In this document: piece after piece, positions 27,035 through 38,793 of the stretch
How the letters are laid out: the number at the start of each line of letters is the position of its first letter
Numbering within the stretch: position 1 is the stretch's first letter
Assembly: GCA_028534125.1 (NCBI GenBank)
Contig: CM052817.1
Coordinates: forward strand, 103,232,001-103,296,000
DNA from: Lama glama
Taxonomy: Eukaryota
DNA length: 64,000 nucleotides
Direction: 5' to 3'
Translations under genes and position numbers: made by a program
The notes under the pieces: model-generated
Told to the model about the DNA's origin: nothing
What the model saw: only the letters and a program-made list of their open reading frames with translations
The model's database searches: none

Positions 27035-27966
27035 TTTACACTCCTCCCTCTCACAGGGGAGCTTACTTCCCTTCTGCTTGAGCATCCACAGGACTTAGTG
27101 ACTCGCTTCTAGTGAAGGTAATTTGGCAGAAGTGATGGGATTTACCTACCAAATTTAGGTGATAATGTAATAGAAAAGAACAAATCTGACTCCATATTAC
27201 ATCTGTTCCTTTGGCTTTAACCCTGTGCTCTGTTTCCTAGGCTTAGTCTTGCTGGTTCTACACCTTTTGTAAAAGAATGTTGCCTAGAGGCTGAAATACA
27301 CAGGAGAGCCTATTCTCAAGGCTCTGACCTTTAAGGATATTAACACTTTTCCATTCGTATAAAGATAACAAGTTGTAGAATAGAAAATAATGTTTGTTTT
27401 GTTGGAGGTTTACAGGGGCACCATGATCTGACCCAGGTGGACAGGGCAAGAACAAGGATTCCAACATCAGAAAGTCTGCAACAACCAACCACGTCCCCTC
27501 CCCTTTTTTGTATAAAAGGAGCCTGAATTCTGACTTGGGGAAGATGGTTCTCCAGGACATTAGTCTGCCATCTTCTTGGTCTGCTGGCTTTCCACATAAA
27601 GTCATTATTCCTTGCCCCAACACCTCATCTCCCGGTTTATTAGCCTGTCGTGTGGTGAGCAGAACGATTTTGGACTCGACAACAATAACAAGACCCTCTC
27701 CCTCTCTTTCTCGTTTCACTCGTCCTGGGCAAGTTGTCTGCCGTGTTGTAGAAACACTCACGCAGCAGGGACTCGGGGAGTCCTCTGCAGAACAGCCTGA
27801 GGGGTACAGACGGACGTCCGCAGTCCAGCCGCCATGAGTTCCTGAGGCCCGTCAACAACCACGGGGGCAGATCTTTCAGCCCCAGGCAACACCAGATTCC
27901 CAGCTACAGAAACTGTTAGAGAATGTTTGTTGTCTCAAGCTGCAGAGGTTGGGGCTAACAAACACA
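27035..27966 (+). mobile_element. MaLR (MLT1-type) LTR interrupted by the MER41-like LTR
   Basis: MLT1-like motifs GACTTAGTGACTCGCTTCTA..GGCAGAAGTGATG on the left and ACAGAAACTGTTAGAGAATGTTTGTTGT on the right. Confidence 0.7.
27166..27684 (+). mobile_element. Solo LTR, MER41-like (ERV1)
   Basis: TG...CA termini; 4-bp TSD ATAA (27162-27165 and 27685-27688); TATAAAA at 27511; 3' end TTCCTTGCCCCAACACCTC...GGACTCGACAACA resembles the MER41 family (from memory). Confidence 0.85.
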
Positions 27967-28180
27967 GCTAGCATCTCCCCCACACAGACACGACAGACAG
28001 CATGGAGAACACAGAGGATAATGACATGTGGCAGCATAATGAAGAAGTCATAGATTTTGAGTATTTATTGCCTTTGTTTTTTGTATAATTGCAAGTTTAT
28101 ATAATTTTTTTTTTATAAATAATGGCTGTGTTTAACAAGTGACTCAAATTCCTTCAATTTTAACAATTGGCTCTTGTCAG

Positions 28181-28599
28181 TGTCAACCAAGAAACACAGA
28201 AGACTGCAAATCAGAAAAGAGTTTATTTGGGGTTATTAACAATTCTGGAGACACAGATTTGGGTAAAACTGACAGAGGGTTCAGGGAAGAGAAAGAGTCA
28301 GGGGCTCATGAGGGCGAAAGCCACAAGGTTATGGAAGTTGTCTGGCAAGAATTACAACTGACCCTGGTGCAGGAGGGAGGTATTTGCCTTTAAGGGCTGG
28401 GCTGCCAGAGTTATTCAGGGTGAGGGTCCAATAAGCATCTTGCGTTTCTGGAACATTGGGCAGACGTTCTGGATGCCGGTGTTAAGACAGCAAGTGGTCG
28501 GAAGGTCAGATTTCACCCAGAACCTCTTCCTCAGTGGCCTCCTGGCTCCATTTTAGAGCTGTCTTAGCAACACCAACTTTATTTGATTTTCCTTCAACA
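28181..28599 (-). mobile_element. Solo LTR, ERV1-like, antisense
   Basis: TGT...ACA termini; minus-strand AAAATGGAG near its 5' end and AATAAA near its 3' end; interrupts the terminus of the MER63-like element. Confidence 0.6.
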
Positions 28600-28739
28600 C
28601 AAATCGGTATGAATTGGCTCCAGCAAACCACTCTTCCCTCTCCAGTCCCCATTCCTCACTCAGCAGCTCCCCTCTCTGGCTGGCCCTTCTCTGGGCTTCC
28701 CCAGAGAGGCAGTGTGGTACTGCCCTTCAGTGTTCCGGA

Positions 28740-28900
28740 ACCTTCTGCATCATAATCACTTGGTGAGCATGGCCGCATTCCAGACCAGTTGAATCCAGTT
28801 TTTTGGGGCTGGGGCTTGGAAATCTGCCTTTGAGTAAGCGCTCCCCACCCCCCATCCTCTCCTGGTGATTCTGATGCCAAATAAGATTGAGGAACACTGG
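28740..28900. mobile_element. MER5A-like MITE
   Basis: AATCTGCCTTT..GGTGATTCTGATGC..TTGAGGAACACTG motifs; a similar degenerate copy lies at about 26080-26255. Confidence 0.6.
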
Positions 28901-30035
28901 TTCCAGAGGCTGATATTGAGGTTTGACAGAACAGTGTTCTAATCCCAGGTCTGCTGGCTTCCAGAAGTTGTTCAATGAAGTTGTTTCAAGCTGCTCACTC
29001 GAAAATGAGGGACACAAGAAGCCTTCCATGAACTAAAGCCTGCAAGGAGGTGGGCACAAGAGATGTGCTCCATGAACGAAGCCTTCTGCGCTCTTTGGCT
29101 CCCTGCTGGGACACACACCAACCGTGGTACCTCTTGCCAGCACCGCAGCCCCACCCAGATATGCCGGCTTCAGAATCCCTCCTTCTTCCTCTGAACTCCC
29201 AGCACCAATGCGGGCATTTCCGGTGAGCAAGGAGGACATTCTCTGACAGTCCTCTGCTCAACTAGCTCCCTGTCCTCACTGAGAAGCCTGTTAGGAGGGA
29301 GCCTGGCGCCTGGCAGGGCTGCAACTGGTCTCACAGCTCCCCCATTTTCCCCTTTTCTCCCATTTCTCATTTCTCTCATCGCTGGGTTGGGTGCCCACAC
29401 CAAGAGTCAGTCAGGTGTGTCACAAAATGTCCATGCCACTTTTACTTTAGTTATGTAATTAACTTTTTAAAAAAGTAAACTGATAAGTACAAGAATAGGA
29501 AAAAGTGGAATGCTTTGGAAACAGCTGAATTGTTAAAATGGAATTAGGTATGAGTGAGAAAACTGTGAAGGACTGAGGAAGAGGTAAAAATCCCTAAACA
29601 GTCTGCTCTTAGGTTTGTTCAAAACCCTGTCACTTTAAAGAGACTCTAAGGGTAGAAAACAGTGTGGTGAGAAGGGCTCGTTCCAACCACCAACCACCAA
29701 CCAATGGATGAGTGTATACTTATGCCTTAGGTTTAAATAAATTATTCAAAGTGTGCTGTGTGCTTCATTTTTTATGATTCTCTTCGTTAATTGGTCTTTC
29801 CCATTAACCCCCTACTACCTAATCCCATTTTGTCAGCTGAGAGGGCGGACGTGGACCACGGCACTCTGAACACGCAGCTTGAATCCGATGCACGTGCTCC
29901 ACCCACAAATATCACAGCCTGAATATCTACTTACCAACTCAAACTAAACATGGTCCCAAGGGTTTGTCACTGTTTTTCTACAGCTCTACCCTGTACCAGT
30001 TTCTCCGTATCCCAGTGGCCACCCCAGTGTCCCAG

Positions 30036-30342
30036 CAGCTCTGCCCAACAGAAATATAACATGAGCTAGGTATGTGGTTTTGAACGTTCTAGTAGCCATG
30101 TTTAAATAGAGGAAAAAGGAAGAGGTGAGATTAATTTTAATAAGAAAATTTTAACTCAGTGTATCCCAAATGTTATCATTTCAGTGTGTTAACAATATAA
30201 ATGCATTAATGAAATAATTTTTCATGCTGTCTTCAAAATCTGTTGTGTAATTTACATCACAGCCTGTCAGCACAATTCAGACCAGACACACTTCAAGAGC
30301 TCACAGGCCACAAGTGGCTAGTGACGGCTGTATTGGACAACT
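30036..30342. mobile_element. MER3/MER33-like hAT-Charlie MITE
   Basis: CTGCCCAACAGAAATATAA...TTCTAGTAGCCA...GTGGCTAGTG...TATTGGACA pattern. Confidence 0.7.
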
Positions 30343-33300
30343 GAGATATCTGGCCATTCTTATATTCCTACCTTCTGAAATCCTTTCTTCTGCTTTATCC
30401 TAACAGTTAATGCCTTGGTCCAGGCTCTGGTCCAGGCTATGGTAGCATCCTCTCCTGGAGATGCTGGTAAATCTTAGTTTCTAATCTTGCTGCCAAAACC
30501 ACCTCCGTCATTCACCTCAATTACGTCATTCACCTCGATTCCGTCATCCACCATCCCGTCATGTACTTCACTCAGTGGATCAAAGGAAAGCTGTGAGCCC
30601 CTTCCTCAGCGATGCTCATTAGAGAGCCCTAGGAAACCTCCCTCCCGTGTCTCCTCCCGCCTCTCTCACTACCACATCTTCTCTCTCATCCCGCAACCCC
30701 CTCAAACCACGACACAGCTGTATCTCCCCCATCCTTACCCTGGGCTGTCCTTCCTCCTCCCAAGGCCAGCCTTAGTCCCCAGACACCCTCCTGTCCCCAC
30801 TCCACCTTCCTCCTGAACAGCCAGCTCCTATCTCTCTTTGAATTTCCCTTTGGTCCATCCTCTTCTGTCTCCTGGAAAAAACCTGAAAAACTGACCCCGT
30901 TAGTTATCACCCAACTTTCTCACAATTTTCTCATTCCCTCTCCCACTCAACTTCTGCTCTGTGGGTTCTCCCCAGCCAACCAGACAACATCCGCCGAGCT
31001 TGCCTGGCTCCCTCCTCACGTGCTCTGTGCGGGTGACCTCATCCAAGCTCTTGGTGTCAAGTATCACCTCTCTGCTCCGTTTGTAGCTCCCAGGATTCAG
31101 AGTCCTGTGTCCACTGCCTCCCGCTGGGAGACGAGACTGGCCTGACTTGCGTGTTGGCCTCCGGGGCCCAGCACAGTGAGTCAGGGCCGCAGGGCCTCGG
31201 GATGCCGGAGGGTGAGTGAACTAACTACTCCATCTGCGGCCAACTCCCTTCTAACTTCGGCTCAGACTTACGCCCACGCCTTAATGTTCTGTGCACGCGG
31301 CAAGCTCCTGGGTTCCTACGTTCTCCTCAGGACCCTGTCCTCGGGTGGGGGGAGGATGCCTCCAGCCTCCTCTTGACTCATCAACCACATTTACCAAGTT
31401 GCTTGCATGTGACAAGTCATTTGCCAGTTTTCTCGTTTTATCTGTGTAATCATTCAATGTTGTTCCTATTGCTGTCTACGTTATAATTGTTCGTTTAAAT
31501 CTACCACATCACAAATACAATATTCAGAAGAGAAAAGTGGATTTTTTTTCTTATGTCCTTCCCTTTGGAAAACAAATTACAGAAATGGAAATCAAATTGC
31601 CAATTTCCATCAGATAAACACCTGGAAAAACGACTGGGTTTCTCTGCAGCTGCTGGAAGGTCATTGACACAAACAACACATGACAACTTCGTAGGACGTG
31701 AACTTCCTGGGCCTCGGGAAAGGTAAGCATATGTAGGTGCACAAAGAAGTACTGAAATCCCTCGTGATGAACGATAACCGTGCTCATCCGCTGTGTTACT
31801 CTTCAATCCGTAATGTCTTTGAACTTTTTAAAATCTCAAATGTCCAAGAAAGAAAGCTGTTCACAGCTTTGTTTTATATAACGTACACGATGTCAAAATG
31901 AAACAGGCTGTTATTTGTGACAGTTGCCCACTTCCCTGCAAGCTCAAAATTGTAAATGTACATAAACATATGTTGTGTCCACACATATGTGTTAAAGTGT
32001 CTCCGGCCTTGACCAACATTTTGGAAGCCTCTGCTTCGAGATGGACTGACCAAGGTGCCAATGAGGTTGAACCTGAGGCTGACGGATCACTCCTGTACAG
32101 AGAGGAAAAACAAGCAAATCTCTTCCTTATCACCAGGACTGCACCCTTAATTTCAAAGAAGCTTTGTGAATGACAACAAACCCAACTCCTCTGAAGGACT
32201 GACAGCTTACATCAGCCTGCAGGTGGGTGAGCGGTCAGTCATACCATTATTTGTGGAAAAAAAAGAAAAACACACAGCATATTCATCAAGCGGATGTTCA
32301 GATACAATTCACGGGCAACTGTGACTCTGACACGATACCATCACATAATCACGGCTGTTGTGCACCTAAGTGTTGGCTGATCAAAGTCTTTGACGTTAAA
32401 TCGGGATTCTCTGATGCCCTAAGCACAAGACTGGTGTTGACCTTTTTGTTGAAAATTACTTACATGTGGAGTCTTGCGCCAAGTTAATGAAGAAGACGGT
32501 TCGGTGTGCTCCCCACTTGGTTGCCTGGTTTCTCCCAGGGGTCTGCATCCAGAGGGGGACAGCGGGGCAGACTGCAGTCCATTCCACTACCAGGACGTGA
32601 GGGGCCCTGAGTCTACAGGGGTCGCTGCCCGAGGTCCTGCCGGCCCGTCATGCCTTCTCATGAGTGAGACTGTCTCTTTCTGGATTGTCTCTCTCAAGGG
32701 AATCCCATGGTGAAAGGGATAGAGTCTAGCTGAGAACTTAGTTGGAGTTTGTGCAAAAGAGGAAGAACAGGAGGGTGGAGACTGAGCAAGAGAGAGAGAG
32801 AAACAGTAGAAGAGAGAGGGGAGGGAGAAGAGGGGAAAATAAGAGGGGAAGAAAAAAAGCAAACAAAGCAAGTCAGTTGAAAATCTGGTAACATCCCTAG
32901 TCAAGGGTCTGAGGAACTTGATGAACTTCATCTGCTTTAGAGAGATACGTGTGGGAGATGTACCTTCCTCCTGGAAGATCAGTCCTAAATCAAACTGAGG
33001 AATCACTATCTTTTTCACGATGCTCCATAGCATAACAACAACAAATCAAGACCATAACATGTACAAAGTGTTTCCCCTGCATTTCCCAACGTGACTTTCA
33101 CAATGACCTCATTTCATTACACACACTTTACAGACAAGCCACTTGATTTCATGGAGGATAAATTCCAAAGCAAGGATCCATGGGGTCAAAGAGAAATAGT
33201 ATTAATTCAAAGATCTATTTTAGAAATGCTTCTTTAATCTTTTGGATCTGAGCTGATTGTATTTTAGGAAAGCATGCTATAAATCTAGAGTCTTAACATG

Positions 33301-34689
33301 TTACTCGGAGCCAAGAGTAAATTGAATTTCAGTGTTCAGCTCTCTGGCTCTGAAGAAATTGTTTCTGTGCCTTTACCAACAATAAAATGTGATAAGTCTT
33401 TAACAACCATAAAATGTGGTAGTGGTGTTGTTTTATAGGCCTTAATTTTTCTACCAACATTATATACCCACATTTGGGAATGATGTTACCAAAATAAAAA
33501 TCAAATGCCACGCTCTCATCAGGCATATATCACAGTGGACGTCTGGTTTTTCTTGGGCTATGAGGTGCTGGCCATCGCATAAATTTTAAAAACATATAAA
33601 TTAATCAACCTTGTAAGTAAATAAGATCCTTATTTATGATGAGAGTTAACTTGCTCAGGATCTACAGTGGTAACTCTAAACATAACACAGCTGTGCACAA
33701 CACGTCCCTCCCCCACCTCCTGTTTCCCATTCCCCCATCTCCTCTCCCTCCCCCACCCTTATCCCCCATCTCATCTATTCAGTCTTCTTTCCCCACCTCC
33801 TCTTCCTCCACACCTCCTCTCTCTCATCTCCCTCCCCTTCTCATCTCTCCCATCTTCTCTCCCTCCCTGGTCTCCCAGGCACCCCAGCTATCACTTGTCA
33901 CATCTTTAGGCTCCTTTCCTTCATCACGCTCATCACAAGGTGTTGCTTCTTTTCCCCTGAGGACCTGCACACCTTAAGGGGAGGCTGCTAACACTGGAGT
34001 CTAACCCTAAAAGAGAGTCAATAAATATTTGTTGAAAAATGAGGCACGTCCTAACATTTTAAGTCCACAAGAACTTTATGCCTTTTCAACTGTAAAGATC
34101 TCAGGGAAATAACCAATTTAACCTCTAAAAGAAGAATATTATTTCTCATAGCCTTAATATCTAAAATCCTTGAGACAGGCACTCTACCAGTCATTGGCGT
34201 TACTCTTCCACATCCTACTACATTTCACACATAAGAAGACTGAGGTTTAGAGAGGTTAAATAATTAGTACAAGTTTATACGAACAGGAAGTGATGACATC
34301 AAGACAGCAGAGAAACACGGCATTATTTCCAGTACTGTAGTCCTAAATGCACTCATTCAGTCACTTTTATTTAGAACCAGGTACTTGGTAATTACTTGGT
34401 GGAATGTGGTCGGTAAGGAATACAAAATTGATTAACATATAGTTCCTGCCAGACAGGAGCTCAGAGCTTAGCCTCCAGTGTAGAGACCCAAGATGGCCTT
34501 GCCCAGCGATGAGGGTGTCCACCACGTGTGCGAGAGTCCATTTCAATCGGGATTTAGCAGAATTTAAGTCTGGGGAAAACACAGAATTAAGAAGTGACTT
34601 CTTGAGGATTGTCAACACTTTGAAAATAATACACAATAAATATTCAATAACTAGGTTTGTTTTTTTTTTTTTGCTTAATCAGCCTGTCT

Positions 34690-35170
34690 AGAATCTTCAT
34701 TACTATGATAAAATGAAGTGGTAAGAAAGGACATCCTTGCTGGGCTCCTGATCTGAGCCATCAGTGTCTCACCACTAGGCGTGTTAGCTGTGGGTTTGTG
34801 GTTTGTGTCCTCATCAGGTTGAAGTGGTCCTCTTCTATTGCTGGCTTGTTGAGTGTTTTCGTCATGATGGTGTTGGATTTTTGTCAAATGCTTTTTTCTC
34901 TCTCTACTGAGATGATCACATGGTTTTTATTCTTTTATTCTATTAGTATGGTGCGTATTGATTTGAGGATGTTAAACTAATCTTACACTTCCGGGATAAG
35001 TCCCATTTGATGGTATATAATTCTTCTTACATGTTACTGGATTTGGTTTACTAGTATTTTCTTGTGATTTTTGCATCCATATTTATAAGGGATATTGGTT
35101 TGTAGTTTTCCTTTCCTGTGCTGTTATTGTCTGGTTTTGGTATCAGCATAGTACTGGTCTCATAGAATGT
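34690..35170 (-). mobile_element. Old L1 ORF2 fragment
   Basis: Degenerate similarity to the antisense L1 at about 13850-14340. Confidence 0.75.
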
Positions 35171-35877
35171 GCGTTAACTAAGTGTTAAATAGGCACTGTT
35201 TTCTCTTTACTAGGTCACTGCCAGTGTTTTCACTTTCTTGAAAACTCCGGGTACCTGTACGTATTCTGATTTCGGTCAACAATGATTGAACATTCATCCA
35301 CTTAATATTTACATTGAAATAACTTTTCTTTTAGGCATTTTTGTCAACCTATTCTGGTTTCGGTCCAAAACAGTCATGTTTTCATTTTATTTAGTCTTCC
35401 TTACCCCCAGACACTCTGTAGGAGCCACGGAGGCACTGTGAGTAAGATCACCACCACGGCAGTCCTTGAGGAGTTCCCAGTCCACTGGGCACGTGGGCAA
35501 GTAAATTGGCCTTTACAGCCCAGTGGGCTGAGGGCCATGAGAGAGGAAGAACAGAGTCAAGAGAGAACTTCAGAGAAGTTCCTGTGTCGGACTGGGAGAG
35601 ATGAAATCAGAAAATCATCACTTGAGGGATGTCTGATCTGAGACAGGAGAATGCATGGGAGTTAGCCAGGAGAAGGGATGGAATTTCTTGGAGAAGAAAG
35701 TGTTCCAGGCATCAGGAAAAGAAAATGAAAATGATAAGAGAGAGCAGGGTTCTCTGTAGGGACTGAAGCAGCTCAGCGTGGGCCTGCTGGAGCAGTACAA
35801 GTTGAGTCAATTGAGACAAAACCTTGTAAGCTGTTTGAAAAATGGTTGTAACAACACATTAAAATATCTCCATTAGG

Positions 35878-36346
35878 GAATACTACTCAGCCATAAAAAG
35901 GAATGAAATAATGCATTTCCAGCAACATGGATGGACCTCGAGATTGTCATTCTAAGTGAAGTAAGCCACACAGAGAAAGAAAAAGACCATATGATATCAC
36001 TCATATGTGGAATCCAAAAAAAAAAAAGACAAATAAACTTATTACAAAACAGACTCACAGACACAGAAAACAAACTTATGGTTACCCAGGGTGGGGAGGG
36101 CTAAAGGATGCGGGAAGGGATAAATTGGGATTTTGAGATTTGCAGTATATATATACTATATGTAAAATAGATAAACAACAAGTTTATAGTGTACAGCTCA
36201 GGGGAAACTATATTCAATATCTTGTAACCTATAATTCAAAAGAATATGAAAACAAATATATGCATGTATATGTATGACTGAACTATTATGCTGCACACCA
36301 GAAATTGATACAACAATGTAAACTGACTGTACAATTAAAAAAAAAA
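35878..36346 (+). mobile_element. LINE-1 3' end fragment
   Basis: Typical L1 ORF2-end/3' UTR (GGAATACTACTCAGCCATAAAAAGGAATGAAATA) with A tail; TSD ATCTCCAYTAGG at 35866-35877 and 36347-36358. Confidence 0.9.
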
Positions 36347-38634
36347 ATCTCCACTAGGACCACTGGCAGGGCTGGACGTGATTGGAGATAACCCCGTTCA
36401 TACGCCCCCTCATCCAGGGTTGGCCTCTGCTACACACTGACGAAGGATCCCAAAGCTGCTGCCTAAACCATCAGTGAAGGAGCAGGTCACAAGTTCCAAT
36501 GGTTAGAAAATTCTTCCAAAGTTTGAGTTACTGAAAAACAACAACCGTAACTCTATTTCCAAGTAAAATTCTTCCTCTGGGGCAGTAGAGACTGCCTTGT
36601 CTGCTCTTACACAAAACCATTTCGGATATTTGAAGGCAACTTTGATGTTTCTATCTAGTCCTCTCGTCACCAACCAGCGCTTTCCAAAAGAGCTTTTGTA
36701 CTGATGAAAATGCCCTGCAACCTACGTTGTCAAGTGTGTCAGTAGCTACATGCTGCCAGTCCCTCCCATACTTGATAGAGCTGCTCTAGACTAGGTTTCT
36801 ATATTCACTTAAAAGATTTTTGTGTCACTATTGCCAGGCCTTAAGCCATTCCTGGTTACTCTTTTGAATATCAGTCAAAATGTGCCACAGTAAACATGGT
36901 ACACTTCCACGTGCAGCCAAGCAAGCACTCCGGTGAGACATCCGATTACCATCTCTGCAGTTTGGACTTGCCAGTAATTCCATTTAAGACTGTCTTAATT
37001 TGAGGATAAGTCAGTACTTGTCGTCTACTAAAATTCTTAAGGTTTTCAGAAATATATTTCTATTAATCCAGGTCTGTAGCTTTAAACTTCCATTTGTACA
37101 ACTGAACTTTAAATGAAGGCAAAAAAAAAAAAATGATTGGATCTTGACTCTGTCCTGTAGGACAAAGTGCTAGCTTTCTTTTTTTTTTTTCCTTTGCTTT
37201 AATCATAAGTGTATTAAGCCTGCCTTCAATGGCATTATCAAAGTCAATGAGACATGTGTTTCACAGGACAAGGCCACAGTCAAAGCCTCCTGTCAGGACA
37301 CTGGAAACTCTCATTAGTGAAGATACTTTGTATTTGGTTGTTCAACCAGGTAAGAATCTAATGCTGTTCCTCATCAGAAGTGATGAAGGAGGTAGTCAAG
37401 TTCTTGATCTGGATATTGACTGCATGGATGTGATCATTCAGCAAGCTGTGGACTTTTGTTGGTGTATTTCTTTTTTTTTTTTACTGTATATTTATTACAT
37501 CCTTTATTTTGGACATTGGATTGTTTCTGTTTGTGTATTTCAGTGAAAACTTTCTAACACAGTTTTTGCAAAATACTGACAACCAGCATTGCAGTCTCTA
37601 GTCAGAACTCTGTTCACAAAGGCCCCGTCCCCAGCTCTGCATGGTCACCCCTCCCCAGGAGTTTCTCTGGAGAAACTGAATAGAAATTGAACGAGAGGCT
37701 AAGGACTCTGGGATACTGGGGAGGCCTTGAGTGAGGTGGGCATGAGGCTGAGAATGGAGGGATTTTGTGACCGGGCACCCCCTGAATTCAGGGACCCCCA
37801 GACCCCCTGTTCAGACCTGATTCCCAGAAAGATGGCATCTGGGCCTATTTTTCCCCAGACAGAGATCAGAAGATTCTTCTCTGGAGAAGCTGAACCCAAC
37901 CTCCAGAAAAACACGAAGTTTGAAAAGACCAATCATCTAACATGGCCTCAGAATCACATTTGCAAATCCTCTTCCTCCAGAGAAGTGTAACTCCTTTGAA
38001 CTTGGAAACTTCAAAGTCATTTGAAGCTGTTCGGCCCTTGATAAAAGTCTCCGCCTCCGCACTGGGATTCAGCTCCTGGTTAGCTGGCTATAGTGCTTGC
38101 TTTTCCAACTTGAAGACGACTTTCCCTTGAAGGGCAGGTGCTGAGGGGTTCTGAAGCCCCCCTAACATGTTAACGGTGCATCACTCACCCCTGAAGAGTG
38201 GCCCTTATTCCTACGGCTTCCTCTTTACCTTTTTCTATCATTAGCAGATGAATTATTTTCTAGCAAAAGAAAGCTCAGAGACTCTTCATGGAATACAAGA
38301 AGTATGGCTCAAATCGGCCAAAAGACTAAACAACTTCAGATTTTCTTTATTAGGTAGACACAGTCTTTTGTCAAGTTAAATACACACACATGCCCTCTGA
38401 ATCTGTAATTTGTTCACAACAAGAACGTATCAAGGAACATATTCCATGAGAATCTGCACCCATGGAATCTGACCTTATTAGCGAGCAGTCAGACTTCAGC
38501 TGACCAGGCAGCCCCCACGCCGGCTTCACTCTTCTTACTTAAAACTTTCTGAGTTGATTGTTTAAATAGCAGTGTAATTGCCAAACCCTACATTAAGATG
38601 CTATTACAATATTCTCCCCTTTTTAAAATCGAAA

Positions 38635-38793
38635 CTTTTTTTTTTAAATTTTATTGACTTTCTTTTGGTGGGGGAAGGAAATTAGCTTGGTTTGTTGGTT
38701 GGTTTATTTATTTTTAGCGGAGGTACTGGGGTTTGAACCCAGGACCTTGTGCATGCCAAGCATGCGCCCTACTGCTTGAGCTGCACCTTCCCC
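38635..38793 (-). mobile_element. tRNA-Ala-derived SINE (vic-1-like)
   Basis: Reverse complement of the same SINE head (GGTTCAAACCCCAGTACCTCC) with a T-rich tail. Confidence 0.88.

Larger units (their letters stand above)
26856..28633. mobile_element. MER63-like hAT DNA transposon hosting nested LTRs
   Basis: Degenerate TIRs CAGTGATTTGATGG (26856) and CCAGCAAACCACT (28620-28632); internal TGGCTGATTTCAA..TGACGTCAC and AATAATGGCTGTGTTTAACAA segments recalled from MER63. Confidence 0.65.

Noticed and set aside
27258..27761. 167-aa minus-strand ORF
   Set aside because: It is the antisense reading of the MER41-like LTR.
33707..33870. C/T-rich tract and Pro/Ser-rich ORFs
   Set aside because: Ordinary low-complexity polypyrimidine sequence.
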